Shown: positions 55,999 to 64,000 of the stretch, piece by piece
Position numbering within the stretch: position 1 is the first letter of the stretch
How the letters are laid out: each line of letters begins with the position of its first letter
Assembly (NCBI GenBank): GCA_965204905.1
Contig: OZ242042.1
Coordinates: 3,382,153 to 3,446,152 of the forward strand
Length of the DNA: 64,000 nucleotides
Source: Dehalococcoidia bacterium
GTDB taxonomy: Bacteria > Chloroflexota > Dehalococcoidia > Lucifugimonadales > UBA3495
Direction: 5' to 3'
Made by a program: the position numbers and the translations under genes
Notes under the pieces: model-generated
Seen by the model: the letters and a program-made list of their open reading frames with translations, nothing else
Database searches by the model: none
Told to the model about the DNA's origin: nothing

Positions 55999-57467
55999 TG
56001 TCGCTACGCTGGCGAATCATGGGGGCGACCGTCCTGGTCGTCATTCTCACCGTCCTGACCAGCGTCGGTGTGGGCTACTACGCTACACAGGCGCGCCTGG
56101 GCGTGTTCGTGGACCAGATCGGCGATGACCAGGCAGTCCAGCTAGCCCGAAACCTGAGCCGGGAATACACCGCCGCCGGTGGCTGGGCAACCGTGGACCG
56201 GGCACTTTCCGAGGCCGGATATATTTACGAGGGAATTTCGCGGCGGGAAGGGTCGGAAGAAAGCGAAAGAGGGCATACCGAGGCATTTCACCGGGACCCG
56301 GTGCGAGTCGTCATCGCTGACGCCGACGGAAGTGTGGTGAAAGACAATTTGTCCGTGCTGCCGCCGGGAGCCACCGCGCCCGACCTAGCCGGGCACCGCG
56401 AGACGGTGCTTGATTCAGGTACGAATCAGGCGGTAGGCCACGTTTATGTGGACGTGAACCGGGAGTTCCTTTCCAGCGAGTCCCACGGGTTCCTGAACAC
56501 GCTGCTGTACATCACCCTGATTGGAGGCGTGTTGACCATCGGCATCGCCATACTGCTGGCCGCCTGGCTTTCCAAGCGTATCACAGCGCCGGTGACGGCC
56601 CTGACGGAAGCAACCCAGGCCATCGCCCAGGGGGATACAACCCGGCTGCCGGTAACATCCTCAGACGAATTGGGACAGATGAGCACGGCTTTCAATCGGA
56701 TGACCACCGCTTTAGAGACGCAACGAGAACTCCGCCGGCGGTTGATCAACGACGTTTCTCATGAGCTGAACACGCCCCTCAGCGTCATCCAGCTGGAAGC
56801 GAAAGCGCTGCGCGACGGACTCCAGACGCCTGAAAGCGCGTCCGACCACATCATCCAGGAAGTGGAGAAACTGCACGGCCTCGTAACCGATCTGAACTGG
56901 CTTGCAGAAACCGACCATGGCGAGTTGCGGCTCACCCTGGAATCAACTTCGGTTCACGATCTGCTGTCGGAGGAGGTGGCGCGCTGGCAGCCGCAATCCC
57001 AGGCTCGCCAAATTGAGTTGTCGCTGGAAGTATCCGGCGACCTGCCGGATTTGCCCCTGGACCGGATGCGCATGAGCCAGGCGCTGGGCAATGTCGTGGG
57101 GAACGCCATCCATTGCACCGAGGCCGGCGGAAATATCCTGATTCGGGCAGATGTGGACAACTATGAGACGTTATCCGTCTCGGTAATCGATGACGGGATC
57201 GGCATTGACGCCGCAGACCTTCCCCACGTCTTTGATCGCTTCTACCGCACGGACCGGTCCCGCAGTCATGGAATAGCCGGCACGGGCCTGGGGTTAGCCA
57301 TCACCAGGGCCATAGTCGAAGCGCATGGGGGCGCTATTGCGATAGCCAGCGACGGACTCGGACAAGGCGCCACCGTGACCATTCGCCTTCCCTCGAACGA
57401 GCCAGCGTCATCGCTCTCGACCACGAACTCCGCCGCAAGAACAACGAACACAGCAGCGAATGGGTAG
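55995..57467 (+). CDS. HAMP-domain sensor histidine kinase (BaeS-like)
   Basis: Two TM segments, HAMP, SHELNTPL, DDGIGI, FDRFYR, GTGLGLAI. Confidence 0.92.
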   Translation: MMSLRWRIMGATVLVVILTVLTSVGVGYYATQARLGVFVDQIGDDQAVQLARNLSREYTAAGGWATVDRALSEAGYIYEGISRREGSEESERGHTEAFHRDPVRVVIADADGSVVKDNLSVLPPGATAPDLAGHRETVLDSGTNQAVGHVYVDVNREFLSSESHGFLNTLLYITLIGGVLTIGIAILLAAWLSKRITAPVTALTEATQAIAQGDTTRLPVTSSDELGQMSTAFNRMTTALETQRELRRRLINDVSHELNTPLSVIQLEAKALRDGLQTPESASDHIIQEVEKLHGLVTDLNWLAETDHGELRLTLESTSVHDLLSEEVARWQPQSQARQIELSLEVSGDLPDLPLDRMRMSQALGNVVGNAIHCTEAGGNILIRADVDNYETLSVSVIDDGIGIDAADLPHVFDRFYRTDRSRSHGIAGTGLGLAITRAIVEAHGGAIAIASDGLGQGATVTIRLPSNEPASSLSTTNSAARTTNTAANG

Positions 57468-57474
57468 GATGACG

Positions 57475-58896
57475 TTACTCCCGGCGTTCCGCCCGCAGAG
57501 CGTAGGGCTTGGGCGAGATTGCCAAGCCGAACACTTCAGCCTCGGACAGTGGCTTGCCCTCCGGCGTATCGAAGCGGAGGCGGCGCAACATCCGGGTCAG
57601 GTGGAGCCAGACGGTGGTCTCGGCGAAGCGTCGCCCCGGGCAGCGCCGGTGGCCCGTGCCAAAGGGTATGAAAAAGTTGCCGGTCAGCGCGGCGGCCGGT
57701 GAGCCGTCAGGCTGGGGCAGGAACCGCTCCGGGATGAATTCATCGGGCGAGTCCCAGAAGCGCGGATCATGGTGGATGGAATAGATATTCCCCAACACCT
57801 GCGCTCCCGCCGGCACCAGGTAGCCGCCGACCTCGGTGTCTCTCGTGGCCTGGTGTGGCACCGCCAGGGGGCCGATGGTGCGGTAGCGCATGGACTCGGC
57901 CAAGCAAGCGAAGGTGTAGGGCAGCCGCGTCCGGTCATCCACCGTGGGCAGGGCGTCAGGACCGAGAACCCGGTCCAATTCCTCGTGAACTTTGGCCTGA
58001 ACCTCCGGGCGGTTGGCCAGCAGCAGCAGCGTCCAACTAACAGTCTGCGCCGACGTGTCGGTGCCGGCCAGCAGCAGATCCATGCACAGGTCATTGATCA
58101 TGTCGCTCTCTATTTCGCCGGTTTCCTCCTCGGCCAGCATCACCTCCACCAGGCAGGTGGGCGCCGACAGGTCGAGGCCGGGGCGGTTGCGGGCGCTTTC
58201 CACCAGGGAATCCATGATGGCCGTCCCGATTTCCGACTGCCTGACGGCTTCCTTGAGGGCATTGCTGGGCAGGAACCTCATCAAGGGGATGTAGTCGGCC
58301 AGGTTGGTGGCAGTGGCGTTAGCGAAGATCCAGTTGACGTGTTGGAGCAGCGCGCCCCGCAGTCGCGCAAAATCTCCGGCGCTGTCTTCGTCTCGTCCAA
58401 AGACGGCGCGGAACATCAACTCGGAATTGCTGCGGGCCACCATCACCGGCGGCGAAACCAACTCGCCGGCCTTCCCCATTGCGACCATCTCGTCCACCAG
58501 CCCATCGACTATGCCCTCAATGTAACGCTCGCGGACGTTGTCCAGATTGCGCGCGCTGAGCAACTCGCGGTTGGCGAAGCGCTGCATCTGCCGCCAGCGG
58601 TCGCCATAGGGGGCCAGCACCAGGTCTCTCTGGCTGCTGAGAATATCCATGATCTCGCTGACCCAGCGGTCAGCCAGTTCGGGTCTGCCAAAAGCTTCCT
58701 GCAGAAGGTCCGGGTGGCTGATTATCACCGTCGGCACGTTGCCGAAGCGCAGCAGGCAGACGTCGCCGTAGCGGCGGGCCAGCCGGTCGATGGCCAGATG
58801 AGTATCATGCCGCAGTTCCAGCAGCGAGCCGAATACCGGCAACCCGCGCGGACCCGGAGGCAACTGGTTTGGCAGGGTGGAAGTAACGGCGCTCAT
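57475..58896 (-). CDS. Cytochrome P450
   Basis: PPGPRGLP, AGTDT, ESMR, PERF and FGTGHRRCPG heme motif. Confidence 0.93.
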   Translation of the reverse strand: MSAVTSTLPNQLPPGPRGLPVFGSLLELRHDTHLAIDRLARRYGDVCLLRFGNVPTVIISHPDLLQEAFGRPELADRWVSEIMDILSSQRDLVLAPYGDRWRQMQRFANRELLSARNLDNVRERYIEGIVDGLVDEMVAMGKAGELVSPPVMVARSNSELMFRAVFGRDEDSAGDFARLRGALLQHVNWIFANATATNLADYIPLMRFLPSNALKEAVRQSEIGTAIMDSLVESARNRPGLDLSAPTCLVEVMLAEEETGEIESDMINDLCMDLLLAGTDTSAQTVSWTLLLLANRPEVQAKVHEELDRVLGPDALPTVDDRTRLPYTFACLAESMRYRTIGPLAVPHQATRDTEVGGYLVPAGAQVLGNIYSIHHDPRFWDSPDEFIPERFLPQPDGSPAAALTGNFFIPFGTGHRRCPGRRFAETTVWLHLTRMLRRLRFDTPEGKPLSEAEVFGLAISPKPYALRAERRE

Positions 58897-59043
58897 TTGG
58901 ACTACCTCTTCATGGCGGAGGGATGAACCCTTGAAACTACGGGCCTACCCTTTACACTTTACCAGAGACAACGGCAGGCCAGCAGGATCAATCAATTGAG
59001 AAAATTCCGCTACTTGAGAAATTCCGCCCGGCTCCTGTCACCA

Positions 59044-59760
59044 ATGCTGCGGCGGGTCGTCAGCACACTGCGGGACCTGGCTCCCATCGTCATCGTCATC
59101 GCGGTCTTCCAGTTGGCGGTGCTGCAACAGCCCTTCCCTAACCTGGGCAACGTAATCGTCGGGCTGGTGTGCGTGTGCGTTGGGCTTGGGCTTTTCATTC
59201 AGGGTTTGGAGAGCGGACTGTTCCCCCTGGGCGAGGTGCTGGCGCGGGGATTCGCCAACAAGGGCAGCCTGTGGGCGCTCCTGGCCTTCGCCTTCTGCCT
59301 GGGATTCGGCGCAACCGTCGCCGAGCCGGCCCTGATCGCCGTCGCCGCCGAAGCCGCCGAGGTGGCGTCGGAAACCGGAGCAATCTCCGATAACGATGCG
59401 TCCCGCAATTCCTACGCCCTCGAACTGCGCCTGGTGGTGGCCATATCGGTGGGGCTGGCCATCGTGCTGGGCGTGACCCGCATCCTGAAGGGTTGGCCCA
59501 TCCATTACTTGATCATCGGCGGCTACGTCCTCGTGACCGTGATGACCGTTTTCGCCCCCGCGGAGATCATCGGCGTCGCCTACGATTCCGGCGGCGTCAC
59601 CACCAGCACGATCACCGTTCCGCTGGTCACGGCGTTGGGCGTGGGCCTCGCCACGTCGATCCGGGGGCGCAATCCCATGGTGGACGGTTTCGGCCTGATC
59701 GCCTTCGCCAGCCTCACCCCCATGATCTGCGTCATGGCCTACGGCATGGTTGCCCGATGA
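59044..59760 (+). CDS. DUF1538 family membrane protein
   Basis: [30 protein letters not shown]. Confidence 0.85.
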   Translation: MLRRVVSTLRDLAPIVIVIAVFQLAVLQQPFPNLGNVIVGLVCVCVGLGLFIQGLESGLFPLGEVLARGFANKGSLWALLAFAFCLGFGATVAEPALIAVAAEAAEVASETGAISDNDASRNSYALELRLVVAISVGLAIVLGVTRILKGWPIHYLIIGGYVLVTVMTVFAPAEIIGVAYDSGGVTTSTITVPLVTALGVGLATSIRGRNPMVDGFGLIAFASLTPMICVMAYGMVAR

Positions 59761-60551
59761 TAGAATTTCTGCACACCCTGCCACCGGCCATTCTGTCCAC
59801 GGTGTTCGACGTGGCGCCCATCGTGGCCGTCCTGACCCTGTTCCAGGTCTTCGTGCTGCGTCGCCGGCTGCCCAACCTGCGCCGGACCCTGGCCGGCCTG
59901 GTGTGCGTCCTGTTGGGGCTGGCCCTGTTCCTGGTCGGTCTGGAAAACGCGCTTTTCCCCATCGGGGAGACCATGGCCTTCCAGCTCACCGCTCATGCCG
60001 CGAACGGAGCGCAGGGCGCAACTGGCGCGGTGGACTGGAGGGACTACCTGCTGGTGTACATCTTTGGCGCAGCCATCGGCTTTGCAACCACGGTCGCGGA
60101 ACCTTCGCTCATCGCCGTGGCCATCAAGGCCCAGGAGGTTTCCGGCGGCACGGTCCGCGCCTGGGGCTTGCGGATTGCGGTGGCCGTGGGGGTGGCCATC
60201 GGCGTGTCCCTGGGCTGCTTCCGCATCGTCACCGGCACTCCCCTGCCCTGGTACATCATCGTCGCCTACGCCATCGTCATCGTGCAGACTTTCCGGTCCA
60301 GCCGCACCATCATACCCCTCGCCTACGATAGCGGCGGCGTCACCACGTCAACCGTCACGGTGCCGGTGGTCGCCGCCCTGGGCCTGGGACTTGCCGCCAG
60401 CATCCCGGGACGCAACCCGCTGATTGACGGATTCGGGCTGATAGCTTTCGCCAGCGTATTTCCCATAATGACCGTCCTGGGTTACGCTATAGTGGCGTCC
60501 TGGTGGGGCCGGAGGAAAACCGCCGACGGTCGGGAGGAGGCAGAGCCATGA
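59757..60551 (+). CDS. DUF1538 family membrane protein, second paralogue
   Basis: [30 protein letters not shown]; ATGA overlap. Confidence 0.85.
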   Translation: MIEFLHTLPPAILSTVFDVAPIVAVLTLFQVFVLRRRLPNLRRTLAGLVCVLLGLALFLVGLENALFPIGETMAFQLTAHAANGAQGATGAVDWRDYLLVYIFGAAIGFATTVAEPSLIAVAIKAQEVSGGTVRAWGLRIAVAVGVAIGVSLGCFRIVTGTPLPWYIIVAYAIVIVQTFRSSRTIIPLAYDSGGVTTSTVTVPVVAALGLGLAASIPGRNPLIDGFGLIAFASVFPIMTVLGYAIVASWWGRRKTADGREEAEP

Positions 60552-60898
60552 GGCTGAAACTGATTGTAGCACTGGTCAACGACGATAAAACCGACGTCGT
60601 CGTGGATGCCGCGCGAGCCGGCGGCGCCACCGGCGCTACCATAATCAGCAGTGTGCGGGGCGAGGGATTGCGGCCGGGGAAAACATTCCTCGGTTTGCGC
60701 CTGGAGGAGATGCGGGACATGGCGTTGTTCCTGGTCCTCGAAACCCGCGCCCGAGACATCCTGGAGCGCATCCAGAACGCCGCAGGTCTCGATACCGAGC
60801 CCGGAGCCGGCATCGCATTCCAACTGGACATTGAAGACGCGGTTGGCCTCCTCACCCAACTGCCCACCATTCAGGAAGAACTGGAACACGACCTATGA
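60548..60898 (+). CDS. PII-like signal transduction protein
   Basis: AARAGGATGATII...RGEG...GAGIAFQLDIE; non-canonical T-loop. Confidence 0.8.
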   Translation: MRLKLIVALVNDDKTDVVVDAARAGGATGATIISSVRGEGLRPGKTFLGLRLEEMRDMALFLVLETRARDILERIQNAAGLDTEPGAGIAFQLDIEDAVGLLTQLPTIQEELEHDL

Positions 60899-61287
60899 AC
60901 GCGCAAAATCCGGTCCGGGTCGGGGACGTAATGGCCCCGGAACTCCACAGCATCGACGGGCTGGCGACGGTAGCCGACGCCATGGCGCTGATGAAGCAGC
61001 ACGGCGTTGAGGCGCTGGTCGTCAACCGGCGCGATGAAACCGACGAAGTTGGCTTGCTGCTGGTCTCCGATGTGGCCCGCGAAATAATTGCTCGCAACCG
61101 TTCGCCCGAACGGGTCAACGTGTACGAGATCATGTCAAAACCGATATTGACCCTGCCCCCGGACATGCTCACGCGCTACGCGGTGCGTCTGCTGGTGCGG
61201 TTCCAGGTCTCGCGCTCCATCGTCGTTGACCGCGACCGCAGCCCCATTGGGTTCGTGACGTTGCACGACCTGGTGATTGGACGATAG
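60895..61287 (+). CDS. Tandem CBS-domain protein
   Basis: Two CBS repeats (VGDVM, VYEIMSKP). Confidence 0.85.
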   Translation: MNAQNPVRVGDVMAPELHSIDGLATVADAMALMKQHGVEALVVNRRDETDEVGLLLVSDVAREIIARNRSPERVNVYEIMSKPILTLPPDMLTRYAVRLLVRFQVSRSIVVDRDRSPIGFVTLHDLVIGR

Positions 61288-61349
61288 CGGCGGGGAAACG
61301 ACTGAATTTACTCCCTCAATTGACTGGTTCGCAGTTTATCCATAACATT

Positions 61350-61366
61350 AGTCAAGTTAGTTGACT
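61350..61366. promoter_or_regulatory. Inverted repeat upstream of the vapBC-like operon (probable autoregulatory operator)
   Basis: AGTCAA-gttag-TTGACT just before the RBS. Confidence 0.5.
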
Positions 61367-61378
61367 GAGGAGAAGCAG

Positions 61379-61612
61379 ATGCTGACGGTAAACGTCCATG
61401 AGGCAAAGACCCACCTCTCGCGCCTGCTGGCGCAGGTTGAGGCCGGCGAGGAGGTGGTCATCGCCCGCAACGGCAAACCGGTGGCCCGCCTGGTGAACGT
61501 CCCAAAGAGTGGCAAACGGCAGTTCGGTTCCATGAAAGGCCTGATCAAGTTTGACGATAGCTTCTTTGATCCCCTGCCGGAGGAAGAATTGAAAGCTTGG
61601 GAAGGCGGGTAA
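61379..61612 (+). CDS. Phd/YefM family antitoxin
   Basis: VNVHEAKTHLSRLL...GEEVVIARNGKPVARL. Confidence 0.9.
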   Translation: MLTVNVHEAKTHLSRLLAQVEAGEEVVIARNGKPVARLVNVPKSGKRQFGSMKGLIKFDDSFFDPLPEEELKAWEGG

Positions 61613-61615
61613 TCC

Positions 61616-62002
61616 GTGCGGTTACTGCCCGACACCCATACGCTCATCTGGTGGTTTGAAGGCAGCAGACGGTTATCCCTGCAGGCCCGCCGAGCGATGG
61701 AGGACGATACCAATGTTATCCTCATCAGCGCGGCGTCCGCCTGGGAAATCACCACCAAGTATTGGCTCGGCAAACTACCGACCGCGGAAGCTCTGGCCCG
61801 GGACGTACCCGGGGCAATAGCCTCCCAGGGCTTCACAGAACTGTCGATAACCGTGGCCGACGCGGTGCGCGCCGGAGCCCTGCCCGGCCCACACCGCGAC
61901 CCCTTTGACCGTATGCTCATCGCGCAGGCCCAGGCGCGCGACCTCGTCCTCGTATCCAACGAGGCACTCTTTGACCGGTACGGAGTTCGCCGCTTGTGGT
62001 GA
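61616..62002 (+). CDS. vapC: VapC/PIN-domain toxin
   Basis: DTHTLIWW, SAWEI, HRDPFDRMLIAQA. Confidence 0.88.
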   Translation: MRLLPDTHTLIWWFEGSRRLSLQARRAMEDDTNVILISAASAWEITTKYWLGKLPTAEALARDVPGAIASQGFTELSITVADAVRAGALPGPHRDPFDRMLIAQAQARDLVLVSNEALFDRYGVRRLW

Positions 62003-62333
62003 ACGCCGTACACGTCTGGACCTCGATTTCCCCCGAGTGGCGGATTATCAGCCAAACCGCCTACAACGGAACGTAAGGAGCCAGGCCAATGACCAATCCG
62101 CAGCGCGCCGGACTCAAAACCGAGCGGATTATTCTGACGCACAACTCGATGCCGCAATACGCTGGCCCAATCCGCAAGGGGGAGAGTTGTGCCGCTGCTT
62201 GTCCTGTGGCGGTCATTTGACAGAAGATCGCTCGCCGCACCATCGTCCTGGACAGCAACGTCATACTCGCCAAGAACCTGAGCGTCTTCTTCTAGCACAG
62301 CGCCGTCTGCTGGGGCAGAAACGATTTAGCCCT

Positions 62334-63677
62334 TCATTCCGGCGGACGGAGGCGGCCTCGCACCTGGCGGATCAGGCTGGCCAGGAATAGCCCTACCAGC
62401 AGGGCCGCCGCCGCTACGACTCCCGGCAGCAGCCAGGGGTAACGCTCAGTGAAAGGCACGACTTCGGACGGGGGCTCAGGAATACCGAACGCGGGGTTGA
62501 CTTCGGGGCTGCCCAGCCGGGCCACTGGCAGGTTTTCGGTGACCAGATAGGGGAACAACTTTTCCAGCTCGTACGACGGCGTGGATGCCGCCAGGTTGCC
62601 GTAGTAGAGGCGATGAGTCTCGCCGGCGCCGGCGGTGAAGACGACCTTGCGGGCGAAACCGCTGGCCATGGGCTTCTCCACGGGGAGGGGCGGATTGTCC
62701 TCGTTGAAGATGGTGACCCGGTAGTAGCGGTATCTGGATTCTCCAAACCGCAGTTCCCGATCATCACCCACGAACCTCGGCGTGTCGAAGTCGTAGAGAA
62801 TTTCACGGGATTGCAGGGGTATCCAGTAGATCGAGTCGTAGCTCCCTTCAAGCGCGACCTCGCGATAGAAGTTTCGGTGTGGAATATCGACGCGGATGCT
62901 ATCGACCGGAAACCCTGCGTGGGATGCCTGCAACACCAGAATCGTCTGCTTGCGTTCGGCGTCTTCGGTTCGTTCTACGATGTTCAGAGGCAGATGGTGG
63001 CGGTGCGGCTCCAGCGTTTCGGCGAAAAGAACTACCGCTCCCTGGACGACCAACGGCTCCTGATCCCCGTCGAAGATTTGAACCCTGAGGAACCTGGCGG
63101 AACTGGACGGGTAAGGCACGCTGGTATCGCTGGCCGAGAAGCCACGCTCGGGTATGGTCACGTTGAAAATCGTTCCGTTCTCCTCCAGGATGCGCCAGTC
63201 TTCGCCATCATCGCTGGCGGACACGGCAACGCGGCGCTGGAAGTTGGCAGACGAGGTCTGAATCTCCACCTCGCTGTGCAGGTCGCCCTCGGATTGCACG
63301 CGCAGGACAAACGACGTGTGGTCGTTGGGGATGTGCCCCAGGTCCTGCATTTTGACCGGAACCGCAGCGCGTCGTTGGTCCCCCGCTTCAATCAGCAGCT
63401 TGTAAGGGATCTCGCGCTCACCGTCGGTATCGGTTGCGGTGAGGCGGACGTCGCCCAGGCCGGGTTGAGCGTGGGCGTAAACCTCCGGGTCCAGCTCTAC
63501 CTCCACCAACTGGCTGTCCGGCAGGTCACCCGGCAGGATGATCGTCTTGAAGAACTGCCATTGTCCATCCGGTGCGTCGGCCCAGGCGTTCGGGACAGCC
63601 AACAGGGCGCCGGCCAGCAGCAGGACGGCAGCGGCGACGGAATACAGCCCGCGCCGGATGTCAGGCCCGCTGCCCAA
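62334..63677 (-). CDS. DUF3999-like exported protein with a C-terminal membrane anchor
   Basis: Signal peptide ending AWA, LGDVRL..EIPY, C-terminal hydrophobic helix; follows a DUF2339-like gene. Confidence 0.7.
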   Translation of the reverse strand: MGSGPDIRRGLYSVAAAVLLLAGALLAVPNAWADAPDGQWQFFKTIILPGDLPDSQLVEVELDPEVYAHAQPGLGDVRLTATDTDGEREIPYKLLIEAGDQRRAAVPVKMQDLGHIPNDHTSFVLRVQSEGDLHSEVEIQTSSANFQRRVAVSASDDGEDWRILEENGTIFNVTIPERGFSASDTSVPYPSSSARFLRVQIFDGDQEPLVVQGAVVLFAETLEPHRHHLPLNIVERTEDAERKQTILVLQASHAGFPVDSIRVDIPHRNFYREVALEGSYDSIYWIPLQSREILYDFDTPRFVGDDRELRFGESRYRYYRVTIFNEDNPPLPVEKPMASGFARKVVFTAGAGETHRLYYGNLAASTPSYELEKLFPYLVTENLPVARLGSPEVNPAFGIPEPPSEVVPFTERYPWLLPGVVAAAALLVGLFLASLIRQVRGRLRPPE

Positions 63678-64000
63678 ACAGGAACCCCCTGACAGCCTGG
63701 CTGTACCGCTGGTAGGCTAATCCCGTACCCAGCATCAGGACGCCCAGCGTGACGAACGCGGCGACGCGGTATTCCCGTTCCAGCAGGAAAACGTCGAACC
63801 CGAACAACTTGACCAGCGGCACCGCCAACAAAGCCATGCCGGCCAGGCGGATGCGGCTGGACTGGCGCACGATGCCCACGCCAATCACCCCGACGGCGTA
63901 CACTGCCCACAGCACGGTCAACGAGAGTTGCTGGGCGCTGAAGGTGTCTGTGCCCAAGTCCTCAGCCCTGGCCTCGAAGTAGTGGACGGCCTCCAGGGTC
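63661..64000 (-). CDS. DUF2339-like membrane protein, 3' end only
   Basis: SLTVLWAVYA...KLFGFDV...YRVAAFVTLG is a DUF2339-type C-terminus; the gene starts beyond the window. Confidence 0.7.
   Translation of the reverse strand, partial: TLEAVHYFEARAEDLGTDTFSAQQLSLTVLWAVYAVGVIGVGIVRQSSRIRLAGMALLAVPLVKLFGFDVFLLEREYRVAAFVTLGVLMLGTGLAYQRYSQAVRGFLFGQRA

Noticed and set aside
1-64000. CRISPR array, tRNA or rRNA
   Set aside because: No regularly spaced repeat-spacer units, cloverleaf or rRNA-like sequence was seen. The repeats are dispersed palindromes.

Overview
GC-rich bacterial chromosomal segment. The gene content (orphan peptide/nickel-type ABC substrate-binding proteins, several luciferase-like monooxygenases, cofE, Uma2 and MNT-HEPN paralogues) suggests a Chloroflexota SAR202/Dehalococcoidia-like organism; this taxonomy is an inference. 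Housekeeping anchors (prfA-prmC, glnII, dinB, cofE, ispH, gpsA) alternate with catabolic genes (hydantoinase A/B plus PIG-L deacetylase, two dienelactone hydrolases, epoxide hydrolase, P450, SBP56/methanethiol oxidase) and many toxin-antitoxin-like or defence-like modules (type IIG/IIL RM, a type II RM with a controller fused to the nuclease, BrnT-like and VapBC pairs, PaREP1/HEPN-like genes, DUF3800). At least four families of short palindromic REP/MITE-like repeats lie between genes. No rRNA, tRNA, CRISPR array, integrase or intact transposase was recognised. Features the ORF track misses: (1) an in-frame TGA in the CxxC motif of a thioredoxin-NHL protein, followed by a SECIS-like hairpin, i.e. 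a probable selenoprotein at 21594-23117 (-); (2) two paralogous ~50-aa single-TM peptides with their own promoter-like region and terminator (9886-10256); (3) a structured RNA candidate at the 3' end of the DUF3800 gene; (4) a tandemly duplicated, uncharacterised two-gene module right behind the RM gene; (5) a stranded copy of a dienelactone hydrolase 3' end. Two ORF-track entries (14871..15707 and 50009..50968) are labelled + but read on the - strand.
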